From positions 1,248,001-1,312,000 of the forward strand of contig CBDBCZ010000017.1 in the NCBI GenBank assembly GCA_965203295.1: DNA of 64,000 nucleotides, in the 5' to 3' direction. The stretch's first letter is position 1; the number at the start of each line of letters is the position of its first letter. The position numbers were made by a program, and so were the translations under genes. The DNA comes from Nitrospirales bacterium. GTDB lineage: Bacteria; Nitrospirota; Nitrospiria; Nitrospirales; UBA8639. Positions 42,614-55,707 of the stretch are shown one piece after another. The notes under the pieces were generated by a model. It was not told the DNA's origin, ran no database searches, and worked only from the letters and a program-made list of their open reading frames with translations.

Positions 42614-45600
42614 ATGGCCGATCTGTCTGGTGACGCTACGGACGCCGGGCGCACGGTGCACTACGAAGTAGAGACCTCCCTTGGTCGCGGTATCGTGGTA
42701 TACGACGTCGGCGAGGTGTTCATCTACATTCCCGCCGAGCTCTCCGCCGCGGGCTTCGAACTGAAGATAGCTGGGAGGGTGCGCATTACCGATCAGGTAT
42801 AATTTGCACATGCAATATTGAAGGGCATTAATTGGAGTGGTATCCCGCAGCTCTTCTCGATTATAAGCACGGAATGTCAAGGCATGATAATGCACTGTTT
42901 TTTATCCACGGTTTGGACAACGGTCGTAGTTTTGCAGGCTCACTCGGGAACCCCGTGTGAGTCTGACTCACAAAACTAGTCTCGTTCCCAGCCCCACAAT
43001 CGAGGCTAAGGATCTCTTCCTGTATCTCGCCACAAAAAGTTTTCGTGGTTTGTCACGTTAAATTTGGACCCCAATACGTTCCCCCCGGAACAAATATTTT
43101 GGGTTTGCGGTGAAATATTCGGACCTCCCTTGAAAAAAAAGTTCCGCATGTCTACTGTGTGTACCAGCAGCCACTGCCTGTCAATCATTCACTATCATAC
43201 TTGAGATGGTCGTAGATCATAAAAAGGCCAGCGAGTCATCAGAAGTGCTGGCTTACGAAAGTATATGGCTAGATCTAAAATAAAAACAAGCTTAAAGTTT
43301 GCAGTTCGCATCGGCGACTCGATTGTGCCGTCCCGCCCGTCCGACTCCAACGCTTGTTTACGGGCAGCCTACTCAAACTTCTGCTAATCTGAGATCTGTA
43401 GTAGCTAAGCCTCCCTTGGTAAAAACTATGCGATAGACTTTTTCAAGTGTCGGACTCTTCGTGAAGGGGGGGGGGGGGGGGGGGGGAACAAAAATTTCAG
43501 AGGGGGTCCATATATTTCAACATTATGTTGAAACTATATGTTCCGGGGGGTCCAAATATTTTGAAAAATATGGACCGGGGGGAACCATTTTAGGGGGGTC
43601 CAAATTTGTCGTGACAGGTTCCCCCGAGTGAGCCTGCAAGACTACATACTGCGTGCTGGGAATGAGACTACACAAGATTACATTTGGGCCAAATTTTGGG
43701 ATAGCATTCCAAAGGGGCTGATTTGATTCCAAATACCATTCCCTCAACAGCGGGATCAATGGTAGTCACTTGCGTACCTCCTGTAGAAACGTTAATGATC
43801 AAAGATTTCTGATTGGCACAACTGGTACTCTATAGCTTGATATTTATTTCAAACTTTCCGTCATTCTGTAGCCCCGCCTCCTTATTGTCTGCAAAATGAT
43901 TATTAATGCATTGCCCTCCTCCTCCCCCTCCCTCCCCTCCCCTTCTCCTCCCCCTCCCCTCCCCTCCCCTCCCCTCCCCTCCCCTCCCCTCCCCTCCCCT
44001 CCCCTCCCCTCTCCTCCCCTCCCCTCCCTTCCTTTCTCCTCTCCTCCCCTCCCCTCCCCTCCCCTCCCCTCCCCAGGGAGATGAATTCTTCCTCAACTGG
44101 ACGCCCTCAGACCTCACAAAACAGGATGTGGCCTGTCTCTACTCAGCAGAGAAAGATGGATGGACCCTCGTTGACGAATTTGGTAAGTCTGATCGATTTT
44201 AAGGGACGTTGACGTACGTACGCATAGTTTACTGAAGGTAACCCTATCGTCATTTTAGTTGGCCAACTAAAACTAAAACAACTTAGTTCTTTTTTTTTCC
44301 AGCCGGAGCGCGCGCAGCACGCAGACAGCTGGTCCTAAGATTACTTTGCGTTTTCCACGTTTGTTTGTTTGTTTGTTTTTTTTTTGGTACATGTAAGTAG
44401 CCGTAAAGATCCTGTTTTCGTGACGTATACATGTAGCTACTAACTGGAAGCACACGATGAAACTGCCGAGTCAGCACTTTTGCTGTACTGCGTTAGATTG
44501 CTTATCAATTTCGGCAGGATGCCTACTGTTGTATAGTTTGTAGTTGTACAGCTGCAGTTAGCTTGGCTGAGCTGAGTTGTGTGATTGTACGGGAAAGGTG
44601 TCCGGCTGAATTTTTAGACAAGAAATGTCAGGACTTGTTTTTTCACTAAAATGTATGTGAGAGTGTTAAACGGGATCGACACCTTCGCGATGATGTACAT
44701 GTATGATGTGTTTAACACTCTCACATACATTTTAGTGAAAAAGCAAGTCCTGACATTTCTTGTCTAAAAATTTAGCCGGCCCGTACAACTGGAGTTTCAA
44801 CATCATCGCGAAGGTGTCGTTCCCTGCAGTTGAAACTCCAGTTCTGATTGAGTCTCAGGAACTGAGTTACCCTGACCGGGACTACCGCGTGGGTGGCATG
44901 CTGGACATGCCCGAGCCCTCCATTGTGGGTGGGGCAAACGAGAGGTCTCCGGGGGGTGCACCCACTCGGGATATGGCCCATCGAGCGAAGGGAAGGGGAG
45001 AGGAGGATGAGGAGGCAAAGGCCGTGGGAACAGGTGAGCGAATGGTCCTCTGGATCCCCCTCCCCAGCAAGCGCTCCCCCCCCCCCCCACGCACACACAC
45101 ATTCAGGCAGGAAGGGTTGTAAATTTTATGTCTATATTTGCGTCTCCTCAGGTTCTCGATCTTTTGACAAGGATCCCCGAGTCACCAGCCACCATGCATC
45201 GAAGGTAACCACACACAGCGCAGAACCTCCCAGGGCGGACGCCATCAACTTTGGCCTCAGTACGCTCCATTCCATTCGAGAGAAACAGCTTATGAATCAT
45301 GGACGGAGGTGTGTGTGTGCATGTACGTCTATGTGCATGTATGTATGTGTGTGTGTGCATGTGTATATGTGTGTGATATATGTGTGTGCCCGTATGTGTG
45401 TGTGAGTGTGTGCGCATTGAGTGTGTGTGAGTGTGTGTGAGATATTTGTTCACGTACAGTGTATGCCTGCCCCAGGTACAAAATTAATGCTAGTTTCTGT
45501 ATCAAATTTATATGCACCTATATGTTGTTTAATCTGGATGCAAGACTACATAGTACGTACATGTACATGTATGTACATGTAGCAAATACGAAGTCCATTC

Positions 45601-48600
45601 TTGTTAATTACTGTATGAGTTGTGCTCTAACCTTTCACAGTGGGTACCTCTTGTGAGCACTATAGTATTTACTAGTTAGACTATAGCTCAGTATTGGGGG
45701 TACGGCCCATCAATCTAGTCATTACTGACAACAAAAGTTACCGTCTCTTCCCCTCCCCCAATCCAGATCTCTCACCTTCTACCTGCTGGACGGTCGCGAG
45801 TTGCCCACCCTCTATTTCCACGATGGAGGCACCTCCGGGCTGCTCCAGGCATTACAGAGATACATGTACCTCACGAGGTGAGTGAGGCTCTTCACTTGTT
45901 TCTTCTTCAGCTACAGTGGAACCCCTCTTAACCCTTTACCAACCATAAGAAACAGCTTAAAGAAGCAGAAAAGCCTGTACAAAGTATTAACGCCTAGTAT
46001 TAAACCCCCCATATAAATTCATACGGGCTTATGGGAGCTCATGACGCATATATGCGTCATTGGTTGGTAAAGAGTTAAAGGACACCCCTGAAATATGGAC
46101 GCCTCTGTGTTAAGAACACTTTTCAAATATGCTACATGGTGTATAAGTTTATACCCCTGAAATGAGGACACCTCTCTATACAGGACACTTCACCAGGTCC
46201 CCAAGGTGTTCACAGTATATACAGGGGTTCCACTATACATGCATGTATATGCGCACGCCGAGTTAACTCACCAACACAGGGATGAGATAGCCTTTTTCCC
46301 AGGCCGCACCATTTTCTGATACACCAACTGTCACGTGATCAACTTACTTCATTATTCGATTTGAAAAAAGGTTACATACATGTACTTACAAAACCAAATA
46401 ATTGTATCATGTCATCACATCCTGAAGATAATAGCATTAGGAATCATGTGATATAATCATACTATTGAGGCAAAAGGAATGACCTAAGTTTGAAGAGGTA
46501 ATGACTAAACACATGACTCTGATTTAAGACAAACTCTACAAAATTACAAAATACGTAAGTACATGTAGTAAAGCAATCCATCACATGTATACATGTACAT
46601 GCATGTTTGTTAATACGTTAGGGACCCTAAAGATCAGAGCCTGTTAGTGGCCAAGGACAAGAGCCGGCAGGATGACAAGCCATCTCAGGAGTGGGACCAT
46701 GCCGGAAAGAGAGCAACACCGAAGAAAGGAATTGAGGTACATGTACATGGCATATGTGTATGTGTATATATCCTATAGTAACCAGGGTTTCATACACTGC
46801 CAGTGGGGTGGGAAATTTAACCAGGAAAATCCTCCCAAAGGCCAATTCCCTCCTCCATAGAAACATTCTTGCCCACTATATTGATTGCTATGTATCTGTG
46901 ATCCCAAATTAATCCACAATCGAATCATGTGTGCAAGCAAAAAGTAGCAAACATTAAGATAAATACATAACAGCAGTACATGTATATATTGTATGTACTT
47001 ACAGGCCTTTGCAAGTGCATCTACATGTACATGTACATACAGCATGCTACATGTAGGTTGTCATACTAAATACAATATTCATGGTCCCTAGTCTGGGGTT
47101 ATAATACGTACATGTCCCTGTATGAAGCCCTGATCATGAGCTACATGTATACTGTGTACATGTATTTCCCCAACAGAACATACTGCACGAGGCGGTGGGA
47201 GCGGTGGGGAACATCATTCCAGGGTTGACGCGAGCTGTCAGACAGCACCTCATGTCCGAAAACAGACAGCTCTTGGAGGTCAGTACTCCATTTCTGCTCT
47301 AAGAGGAATATTATCAATCCCTCCTAGCTAGCTTGTGCATGTCTTTGTGTGTTTGTTTCTGGCAATATAGCTGCTGGGTCTGTCGGGGGGGCTGCTTGCA
47401 CGGTTTAGGGTCATATTGTATATGTATACCTTGGACTACACAAATGAAGAAAGCCCACGAAATTCACCAGCAAAAGTTACCAGCTGTATGGTACTATAAA
47501 TGTAAGTACACAGACGGCTCAAGTCTGCCAGCTAATGACAGCAAAAAGCTACCCAGTAGCAGACATACATTTCAGTACGGGTTCTCACTACGGGTGCTAT
47601 ACCTGCGTACATGCACGGGAATGTACTGTACATTGCAAACTTCTGTGAGAAGATAAGCTTTCTGAGAGAGTAAAGAAATCCCGAAAAATCGGGACCCAGC
47701 TGGGGATTGAACCCAGGACCTTCTGAATACTAGTCAGATGCTCTTACCAATTGAGCTACTGGAGCCCCCTTGGCAGTGGAGCAGTAGGCAAGCTTTATAT
47801 AGCCACTAAACCTGCTAGTAGCACATGTACATGTGCCGTGTTTTCAATGGTGCAGGTTCGCCCTGGCACGGTAGAGGAAGAGGAGGAGGAGCTGGAAGAG
47901 AGGTTACAGACTGTGGCCTACAGCGAGGTGGGATCCAGGACCGTAGAGGTGAAGGGTCAGGATGGAAAAGCCGTGGAGCTTGACCCCGATGCCTCTCTGA
48001 TAACAGACTTCACCGTCATCACTGACCTTCGGGTGAGTGTGCTGATTAGCGGTAGTAGATTTTGTGACAAACTCGTGCAGATCCTCTGCTCCATACAGTG
48101 TTCTCACCAGAATAGCTATATGGTCTTGATGTTTGTTTCAAGGGCTGCTGCATAGTGATCTTAGCCTATATACATGTACATCATACATGTATGTCAATCG
48201 ATAAGAGTGGAGTATTTTTTACTTACTACATGCACTATTTGTGTAATTCTTGTTCTCACACTACCCAATGTTTCTCCATAGTTATATCTGGGGTAGCAAT
48301 CAAACCTCTTATAATAATATGGTAAACACACCAATAACATGTGCAGAGCTGAATAAAATACAGTATGTGCCTGTTTGTGACTAAGCCTCCTGTCATTTCC
48401 TTCCCTCAGGGAAAGCTTCCAACCCGTCCTCCCCTTATTCCACGTCAGTCTCCCCTGACAGCAGAGGAGTGGGAGTCATTACGGGGCGCTGATGGCAGGG
48501 TCTCTGCGCAGAATGAAAGACACTTCAGAGCTAGAGTCTTTGCTGGGGTAAGTTAGTAAGGCTCATCATTATTCAGATATTCTCTCAGTTAGCTAGTAGA

Positions 48601-51600
48601 ATTAATCGTGAAGTTACTTCAATTCCAACCCAAAGTTCAGCAGATCAAGTTCTTTAATTTCCGAAGTTTCGACTACAGGTTGTAGTCTTTTTCAAGGCAT
48701 AAAATATATCGTATTTGCTGCATGAAATTGTACAAGAAGAGCCAGCTCCAATGACTCTCTCGTAATCTTAGTGATTTTCAAACAGGGCATGGATCACCAG
48801 CTGAGAAAAGAGGTCTGGCGCTACCTGCTCAACTACTTCCCCTTTGACGCCACTGACATCGAGCGCATGGAGCTGAGGAGGCAGAAGGAGAGGGAGTACC
48901 TGTCCATGAAACAGCAGTGGCAGAGCTTCACTGCGGCACAGGAGAAGAATTTCACCAAGTGGAGGGAGATCAAAGTTCTCATCAGTAAGAACGCATACTC
49001 TTATCCCTACTAAGTTCTTATTAGTGAGCTGTTCACTCTGAACAGTGTATGGCAGTTTGCACTACTGCTCAGCTGCCATCAGCTTTTGCGGCAATTCAGC
49101 TGAATCTGTCTTCTATTATGGTACCATGAATTGCGGTTCCCCTTTATTTTTGCGCGGTAGCAGGACCTGGTGAAGTGTCCTGCATACACTGGAACTAGCT
49201 ATAGCTCTTATATTGTGGACACTTTGTGGACTGGTGAAGTATCCATGTACAACTCAATTGGTAAGAGCATCTGACTAGTATTCAGAAGGTCCTGGGTTCA
49301 ATCCCCAGCTGGGTCCCAGGATTTCTTTTATTTTTGCGCGGTAGCAGGACCTGGTGAAGTGCCCTGCATACACTGGAACTAGCTATAGCTCTTATATTGT
49401 GGACACTTTGTGGACTGGTGAAGTATCCTATACATGTACAGCTCAATTGGTAAGAGCATCTGACTAGTATTCAGAAGGTCCTGGGTTCAATCCCCAGCTG
49501 GGTCCCGATTTTTCGGGATTTCTTTACTCTCTCAGAAAGCATATCTCCTCACAGAAGTTTGCAATGTACATGTATATAGAGCTCATTTTAGCTGTAGATT
49601 TTTATTAAGAATGCATACTTGGGACACAGCAAAATGTCCATATTACAGATCTGAGGGGTGTCCTACCTTTAAGGGTGGTTTCACAGTACGACCATGTAAT
49701 TACATTCATCAATGTATGCAGCTGTCTGGTCGTATGTTCCCATACCAAAATTTGAGGATTTTTTTTTTTTGGACTCCCTAGATAAAGATGTATTGCGTAC
49801 GGATCGTGACCTGGAAATCTACAGGAACAAGGATGGAACCAAGCTTCTTCAGTTGGAAGACATACTACGGACTTACGTGATGTACAACTTTGACCTGGGT
49901 GAGTGAAAGGGGTCTGAAATGTCTAATTGCCCAATTGCATGTGTGTAGTTAAAAGGGAGAATGTGATTAGTTTACTGTAGTATTTGGACAATGATGGTAG
50001 AGGAATGAAACTTTATTCAACGTTTCGGCAGTATATATTTTGACTATACATGTATATCTTCATCAGGACAATACTTTAAATTTGACCTTCTTATCAGGAA
50101 GCTGATGAAGATAGCCAAAAATGCTGTCAAAATAAAGTTTCATTCCTCTACCATCATTGTCCTAATACTACAGTAGACTGGATGGTAGCATGGCCCTGAG
50201 GGAGAATGTGATTGTGTAGTATGTGTGTTATATGAAAGAACAAAACCAATGACTACCAGACTCTTTGCTCTACCTTCGTACAACTGAGTAAATGGGGAAT
50301 GTGGCTACACTACTGTCACTTGTCCTAACATATGTACACAGTGTTTCCATATACCGTAAACTACGTATAATCCACCCATGATGTACATGTATTATCCGCC
50401 CATCCCCCTTTTTGAGTCAAAGTTACGTCGGAGGGTATTTATGAACTTAGTATCCGCCCACCCTTAAATACCATCCATGCAAGCTAAACATGTAACTAAC
50501 AATTAACTGAAAATTCCAAGACAACGAGCAGAATCAAACGACAAAACTCGATCTCCAGTGCGCTTTAATTGGAATACTGATGGTAAATCTGTCAGCCACT
50601 TCGCTTTTTAGCGGATAATAGTAGTCTGCATGCTTCTATAATAGGTAGTTCAATACAATTTGCATTCACTGTGGTGCGGTACTCGCCTAGAAAAGCTATA
50701 CTTACCTTGTATGCTCACTTTGCGTACCGTGCATTTGGAATGCGTTCGAGTGGGCGAATACTACATCGCATTTATAAAAACTACGTATTATCCGCCCACT
50801 CCCCTCTTTCAGCTTGCACTGAAGTGGCCCGCCCATGGGCAGATAATACGTACTTTACGGTATATACTTTCCTTGTATGGTATATTACACATCACAGGCT
50901 ATGTGCAGGGCATGAGTGACCTCCTGGCCCCAATTCTCGCTGTGATGGACAATGAAGTGGATGCGTTCTGGTGCTTCGTTGGCTACATGAACATGGTGGT
51001 GCGTCAGTGATTCAGGATAGTGGAATGTGTAAACTATTTAATTTCCCAAACAGCCAAAAAGATAGTTATGGGGAACTAAAGCAGGAAGACTGGGTAGACA
51101 ACCAATGCATACAGTAAAGTGAGCTCAGACTACAAAGTGCATGGCTGCAGTGTAGGAAGTTAAGGCAGAGGCTCAAGAAAGTCTAAATACTGTAATAGTA
51201 GTCATCTTGAGATATACGTAGCCTTGTTCCATCCCGCAACAGTTAATTGTTTCATCATCAAACTGCCCTGTTGTGGGATGGAACAAGGATACGTATATCT
51301 CAAAATTACTACTAGCCAACTGAGAATTTCCCTTCAACACTGTATCAGTAGTGTATGTGCAGCAATTTGAAAGCAACATTATAGGCTGGAGTACGATTGT
51401 ATATATACAAGTGACTATATGTATATTATTTGCATTATACAGTGATGTATATCTCCAACTTTTCATTGCGATATAGGGCCACCACTTTGAAGAGAGCCAA
51501 GGTAGTATGAGGAATAGGCTGAAACAGCTAAGAGCTCTGCTCAATGTGACCAATGAATCACTGTACCAGTTCTTGAGTAAGTTTCTGCAGCTCGAGTTTG

Positions 51601-53835
51601 ACTGACTATTTTGAATGTAATTTGTTGGCAAATGTGGCAGTAGAGAATATATACACAGAGATCCGACCGGGACTTGAAGCTGGGTCCTCTGATTTCCAGT
51701 CAGATGCTCATAAAGAAAGAAGATTTTAGAGCTACATGTAGCCGGGACTTGAACCTGATTTCCAGTCAGATGCCCTAACCACTGAGCTTAAGAAAAAAAT
51801 GCACAGTATTTCCAGTTCAGATGCTCTAACCACTGAGCTACTGGAACACTGTCATATACATGTACAGAAAGGCCTGGTTGGATCTTAGTATCAGGATCTT
51901 AGTATCAATAATTGCTGTGTGCATTTTCCCTGTGCTAAATGATGATTACTTATTAAGCCAGTACCTATACATTTATACTTACTGCCCGTAAATTGCAGAC
52001 TGTGGTGCTCTTTATGTTTATCATTTCACTTTACCCTTCGCAAACCTACTACCATGATGCCGCCTGCCACAGAGGGTAAGGAGACCCACAATTTGTACTT
52101 CTGCTTCCGGTGGCTTCTGGTGGACTTCAAGAGAGAGTTCTGCTACGAGGACGTCTACAAACTCTGGGAGGTATACAATCATGTAGATTAAGACCTGTAT
52201 GTGCCCAGCCCAGCACTCATGTACATGATCAGGCTCACGTTTGCTAGACTAAGTGAGAGTGTGGTGCATTTAAATTCGTATTTAAATAGGAAACAATGAA
52301 GGATAGCTGCACTGGTGACATGCAGTCTGTGCCATTAGCGCAGAAGAAGTACCTCTGGCAAAGAGGTGGAGAAGTGAAGGCTTGGCTCTATATATTTTCT
52401 CCTATCATGCTGCTTACATTCTTCACGCACATGCAAAATGCACCAGGCTCACGGTATAGCAAAAATGTAATGTGCACTTGAATTGATTATTTTTGTACCT
52501 AGGGAGATCAGCCTCAAATATATTTGTACAAAATTGGTGAGAATTTTTTTTAAGTAAACACTTCATCTTCTGCAGGTGATGTGGACGGGTTACTTATCTC
52601 GTGACTATGCGCTATTCATCGCACTGGCTATTATTGAAATAGAGAAGACACACCTTCACAATCCAAACAATGACTTCAGTGATATTCTACAGGTCAGCAT
52701 GATGGGTGTTAATTACTGAATTCATACACTTGCTTTTTTCTTCTTACACACCTTTTCCATTGAAGCTCGCCCTTTGTGCATGATCAACTGTTACGTCCAT
52801 GTGTGTAACCCTTGCTATAAGAGTTCCTTGCTATTCTGTATACCATCATACCAGTTTCCGAAAGATAGTTGGAAATACACTCTATTGTAGACACCTTGGG
52901 GAAAGCAGTTCTGAAAGATAGTTGGGAATACAGTGGACCCCTCTATTGTGGACACCTTGGGGACCTGTATAGAGAGGTGTCCTCATTTCAAGGAGTAATA
53001 TTACATTGCAAAAGCATATTTGGGTCACAACAAAGTTTCTTTAATTAATACAGAGATGTCCTTATTTCAGTAGTGTCCTTTTCCACTATGTTTTTCAGTG
53101 TATTCTCTGAAGGACCAATTAACTTTTTTTTGGCCAAGTTAGATGTGACATTAAGTAATAGTTAGGTACCAGTTGGCAGTGTATTACGGCATTTAGTTAG
53201 TACGCGAGGGCAATTAAGTAACGATCGAGGGATGACAATGCACAAGTAACAATAGATAATAGACGAGATCAAGAACAGACATGTTTGAGATGCAACAACA
53301 TACTTTACATGGGCATGATTTACACTTTTCAGGGTGTAGTTTGTGCTTTGGCCAATTACTGACAGAATGTCAATGGTTTGATTATTCACACATTGAAGGT
53401 ACATGTACTGACAGTAATTAAAATTTCTATTATTGTTTTATCTTAGCATATCAATGGACTGGCAAAGAAAATTTCCCTGAATCCAGTACTGGAATTGGCT
53501 GAGTCAATCTGTCGGCAAGTTGGAAAGTTCCCAAGTCTACCCACAGATTTGCAGTCTCTGGTTGTCAAGTATGTATTCAATATCAGCACTATCCAACCTA
53601 TACAGTCATTAATCTAGCCTCGTACCCAGGCCTTCCCCGCACTTACTTTTCCCCGTTTATTTTCGTGAGTGCGGGGAAGGCCTTGGTATGAGGCTATCAT
53701 TGGTGATAATTATTAATATTATGGTATTTATGTTCTCTTAATCTCAGACCAATGCCTCCACGATTAGAGACTTTCACAGACTCTGGCTCGGAAACTGTGG
53801 TGTGTAACCCAGACAGTAGTGCTGTGCAGGTTTAG
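42614..53835 (+). CDS. TBC1D15: TBC1D15/TBC1D17-like Rab GTPase-activating protein, about 744 aa. Exons 42614-42796, 44077-44182, 44830-45033, 45152-45308, 45767-45877, 46622-46736, 47177-47278, 47856-48032, 48410-48547, 48786-48984, 49782-49898, 50898-50998, 51477-51576, 52073-52170, 52576-52692, 53447-53568, 53748-53835
   Basis: In-frame splicing; [10 protein letters not shown]-terminal motif, [18 protein letters not shown] (Arg finger), [12 protein letters not shown] (Gln finger) and [14 protein letters not shown]. Confidence 0.88.
43051..43616. mobile_element. Ginger-like MITE nested in an Academ-like element
   Basis: TIRs TGTCACGTTAAATTTGGACCCC / GGGGTCCAAATTTGTCGTGACA and 4-bp TSD GGTT. 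Confidence 0.7.
43914..44074 (+). repeat. (CCCCT)n pyrimidine microsatellite forming a splice-acceptor tract
   Basis: Directly visible; ends at CAG 44076. Confidence 0.9.
47628..47768 (-). mobile_element. tRNA(Thr-AGT)-derived SINE. Copies at 49438-49570 and 49248-49328 (+); related fragments at 51665-51845 (-)
   Basis: A box AGCTCAATTGG, B box GGTTCAATCC, anticodon arm TCTGA-CTAGTAT-TCAGA, mismatched acceptor stem and a shared non-tRNA 3' tail. Confidence 0.8.
49140..49505. repeat. About 185-bp local tandem duplication (MITE fragment plus SINE head)
   Basis: Two near-identical units starting CTTTATTTTTGCGCGGTAGCAGG. Confidence 0.85.
50354..50860. mobile_element. Tc1/mariner-like MITE (TA|CCGTA...TACGG|TA). 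Small relative at 38994-39067
   Basis: TA flanks, TIRs of about 27 bp and internal repeats of the TATCCGCCCA motif. Confidence 0.7.
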
Positions 53836-55146
53836 TGCAGCCAACACCACGGACAGCTTCATTTTGTACTAAAACTACAAAATTATTATTGTCATATTAA
53901 CCGTTTTCACATCAGTTCACTGTTTATGCACTGCTACTCACTTATACCTCCGTTTCGAGAGTTGTTTCTTGCTCAGACCGAATTAATAATATCGCTACGT
54001 ATATGTTTGATCATGGGTGGCATGCTCTATGAGCCCGAATAAGTGCTGAGATTGCCAGTAATTAATGTAACACAGTCCTTGGGCTCATAGAGCATGCCAC
54101 CCATGATCAAACCTACTTAGTACATGGGTGGGGAGAGTGTGGCCTAAATAATATTATGATGGTCTGTGTGTTGAAATATGTTCAGCAAGATATACAGCTC
54201 AGGAAAATCTGTCTCTATGGTAACGTGTACCAACTGACATGAACACTAGGTGTCTAACCAAGCTTCCATGCTCATTGATTATTCATAAGTGGTCTAATTT
54301 AATCTGGCAGCTTCCTATGCTCTATGGGATCGATTCTTACTATACTCTATGGAAATTATTGCATACACTTGTTACTACATGTATAGTAACACTAGTAATC
54401 AGTAAGCCACATCCAGACACATGGTGTAAATAGGGAAGTACAAAAGGAAGTACAAGTAAACAGAAGGCAAACACACTATTAGATCACCATAATTGTTTAC
54501 GGTACATGTATGCAGTGCCAGGAATTTGTTATTTAATAGATAAACCGCGGTAGCCAGGGATTTATGGTCCATAAACTGCCCTAGCCCGAGGGCGAGGGCT
54601 GTTTATGGCCATAAATCCCTGGCAACCGCGGTTTATCTGTTATATTCTTAAGCGGATTGGTTCTTTGGGTCCATGGTAACCGACGCTTAGCTAGTAGCTA
54701 CAGTACTACAGTATCGCTCTGTGCGGTTCTCCGACTTGTCTTGAGTGGACGGAATCATACTGACTGATGTGCTGTATGTTATATATTGCCCTGAGGGCTG
54801 GAGTATATGAAACATGATCTACAACTTCCTGTCAGTATATGGAATTTATTACCCGTCTGGTACTATAGAAACAAGGGCGAAGTGGAGAATATAGCATTCC
54901 TATTATCATTCCAAAGACTAAGTCTTGTATTGCAAAATCCCATGCATCAAAATTGACTTCTGCAGTAGACATTGCATAGTATCTGCAACTGCATGAGATA
55001 AACCTTAAAACATTTTTGCAGTGAACAGAGCTCGATATCCCACTACTACTGACTATCAAAAAATTTAATTCAAACATGCATTAATTTATGCAGGTATGAC
55101 AACTACATGTACCAATGTAAAAAAAACTTGTTATAGCCAAGAGACA

Positions 55147-55707
55147 TCACTTAGAGTTAACATTATAGCTTTCAATGATACGTTTAGTGTTTTGGTGCAA
55201 GGCTTGGTGTACTGCTCTTGCTTGATTAACTACAAAACTTGAGAAAATAAAAGGGGTCGTGTACTCATCCTTCTCCGAAAGCACTGTAGCCACTCCATCT
55301 TCAATTGGCCTAAAGGTCCAGTTTCCCTTGCATTCCAACAGAGGGATATCAAAGTGATATCCTATGACCAACTTCTCCCGCTGCACTCTGTACGTAGCGT
55401 CAAAGGAGTAGTTCAGTCCCAACGCCGCGGCTGATTCTGCTGCTATGGGAAACTTGTGGACGTTTATGAATCGTATAATCGTCTCGTTTTCTGCCCCACT
55501 ATTCGTTTCAGTGCTTATCACGTCAATTCCGATCGTGTCTGGGTGAACCTTTAGCAAGTTCTCTGGTGCTGCGTAGAACTGGAACACAGTCTGCGGATCA
55601 CTGTTGACAGTGGTGCTTATTTCAAGAGTCACCGAAGACCACTGAAATCCATACGGCAGCAGGGCGGCTGCAATCACGCCCAGGGCCAAAGCGTGGTAAT
55701 AGGCCAT
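55147..55707 (-). CDS. Intronless 186-aa SRPBCC (START/polyketide cyclase-like) protein with predicted signal peptide
   Basis: Hydrophobic N-terminus, ISTTVNSDPQTVFQFYAAPENLLKVHP start motif, WTF..strand..C-terminal helix layout. Confidence 0.7.
   Translation of the reverse strand: MAYYHALALGVIAAALLPYGFQWSSVTLEISTTVNSDPQTVFQFYAAPENLLKVHPDTIGIDVISTETNSGAENETIIRFINVHKFPIAAESAAALGLNYSFDATYRVQREKLVIGYHFDIPLLECKGNWTFRPIEDGVATVLSEKDEYTTPFIFSSFVVNQARAVHQALHQNTKRIIESYNVNSK

Noticed and set aside
47691..47766. Functional tRNA-Thr gene (also 49438-49506)
   Set aside because: Mismatched acceptor stem, shared non-tRNA tail and truncated copies indicate a SINE.
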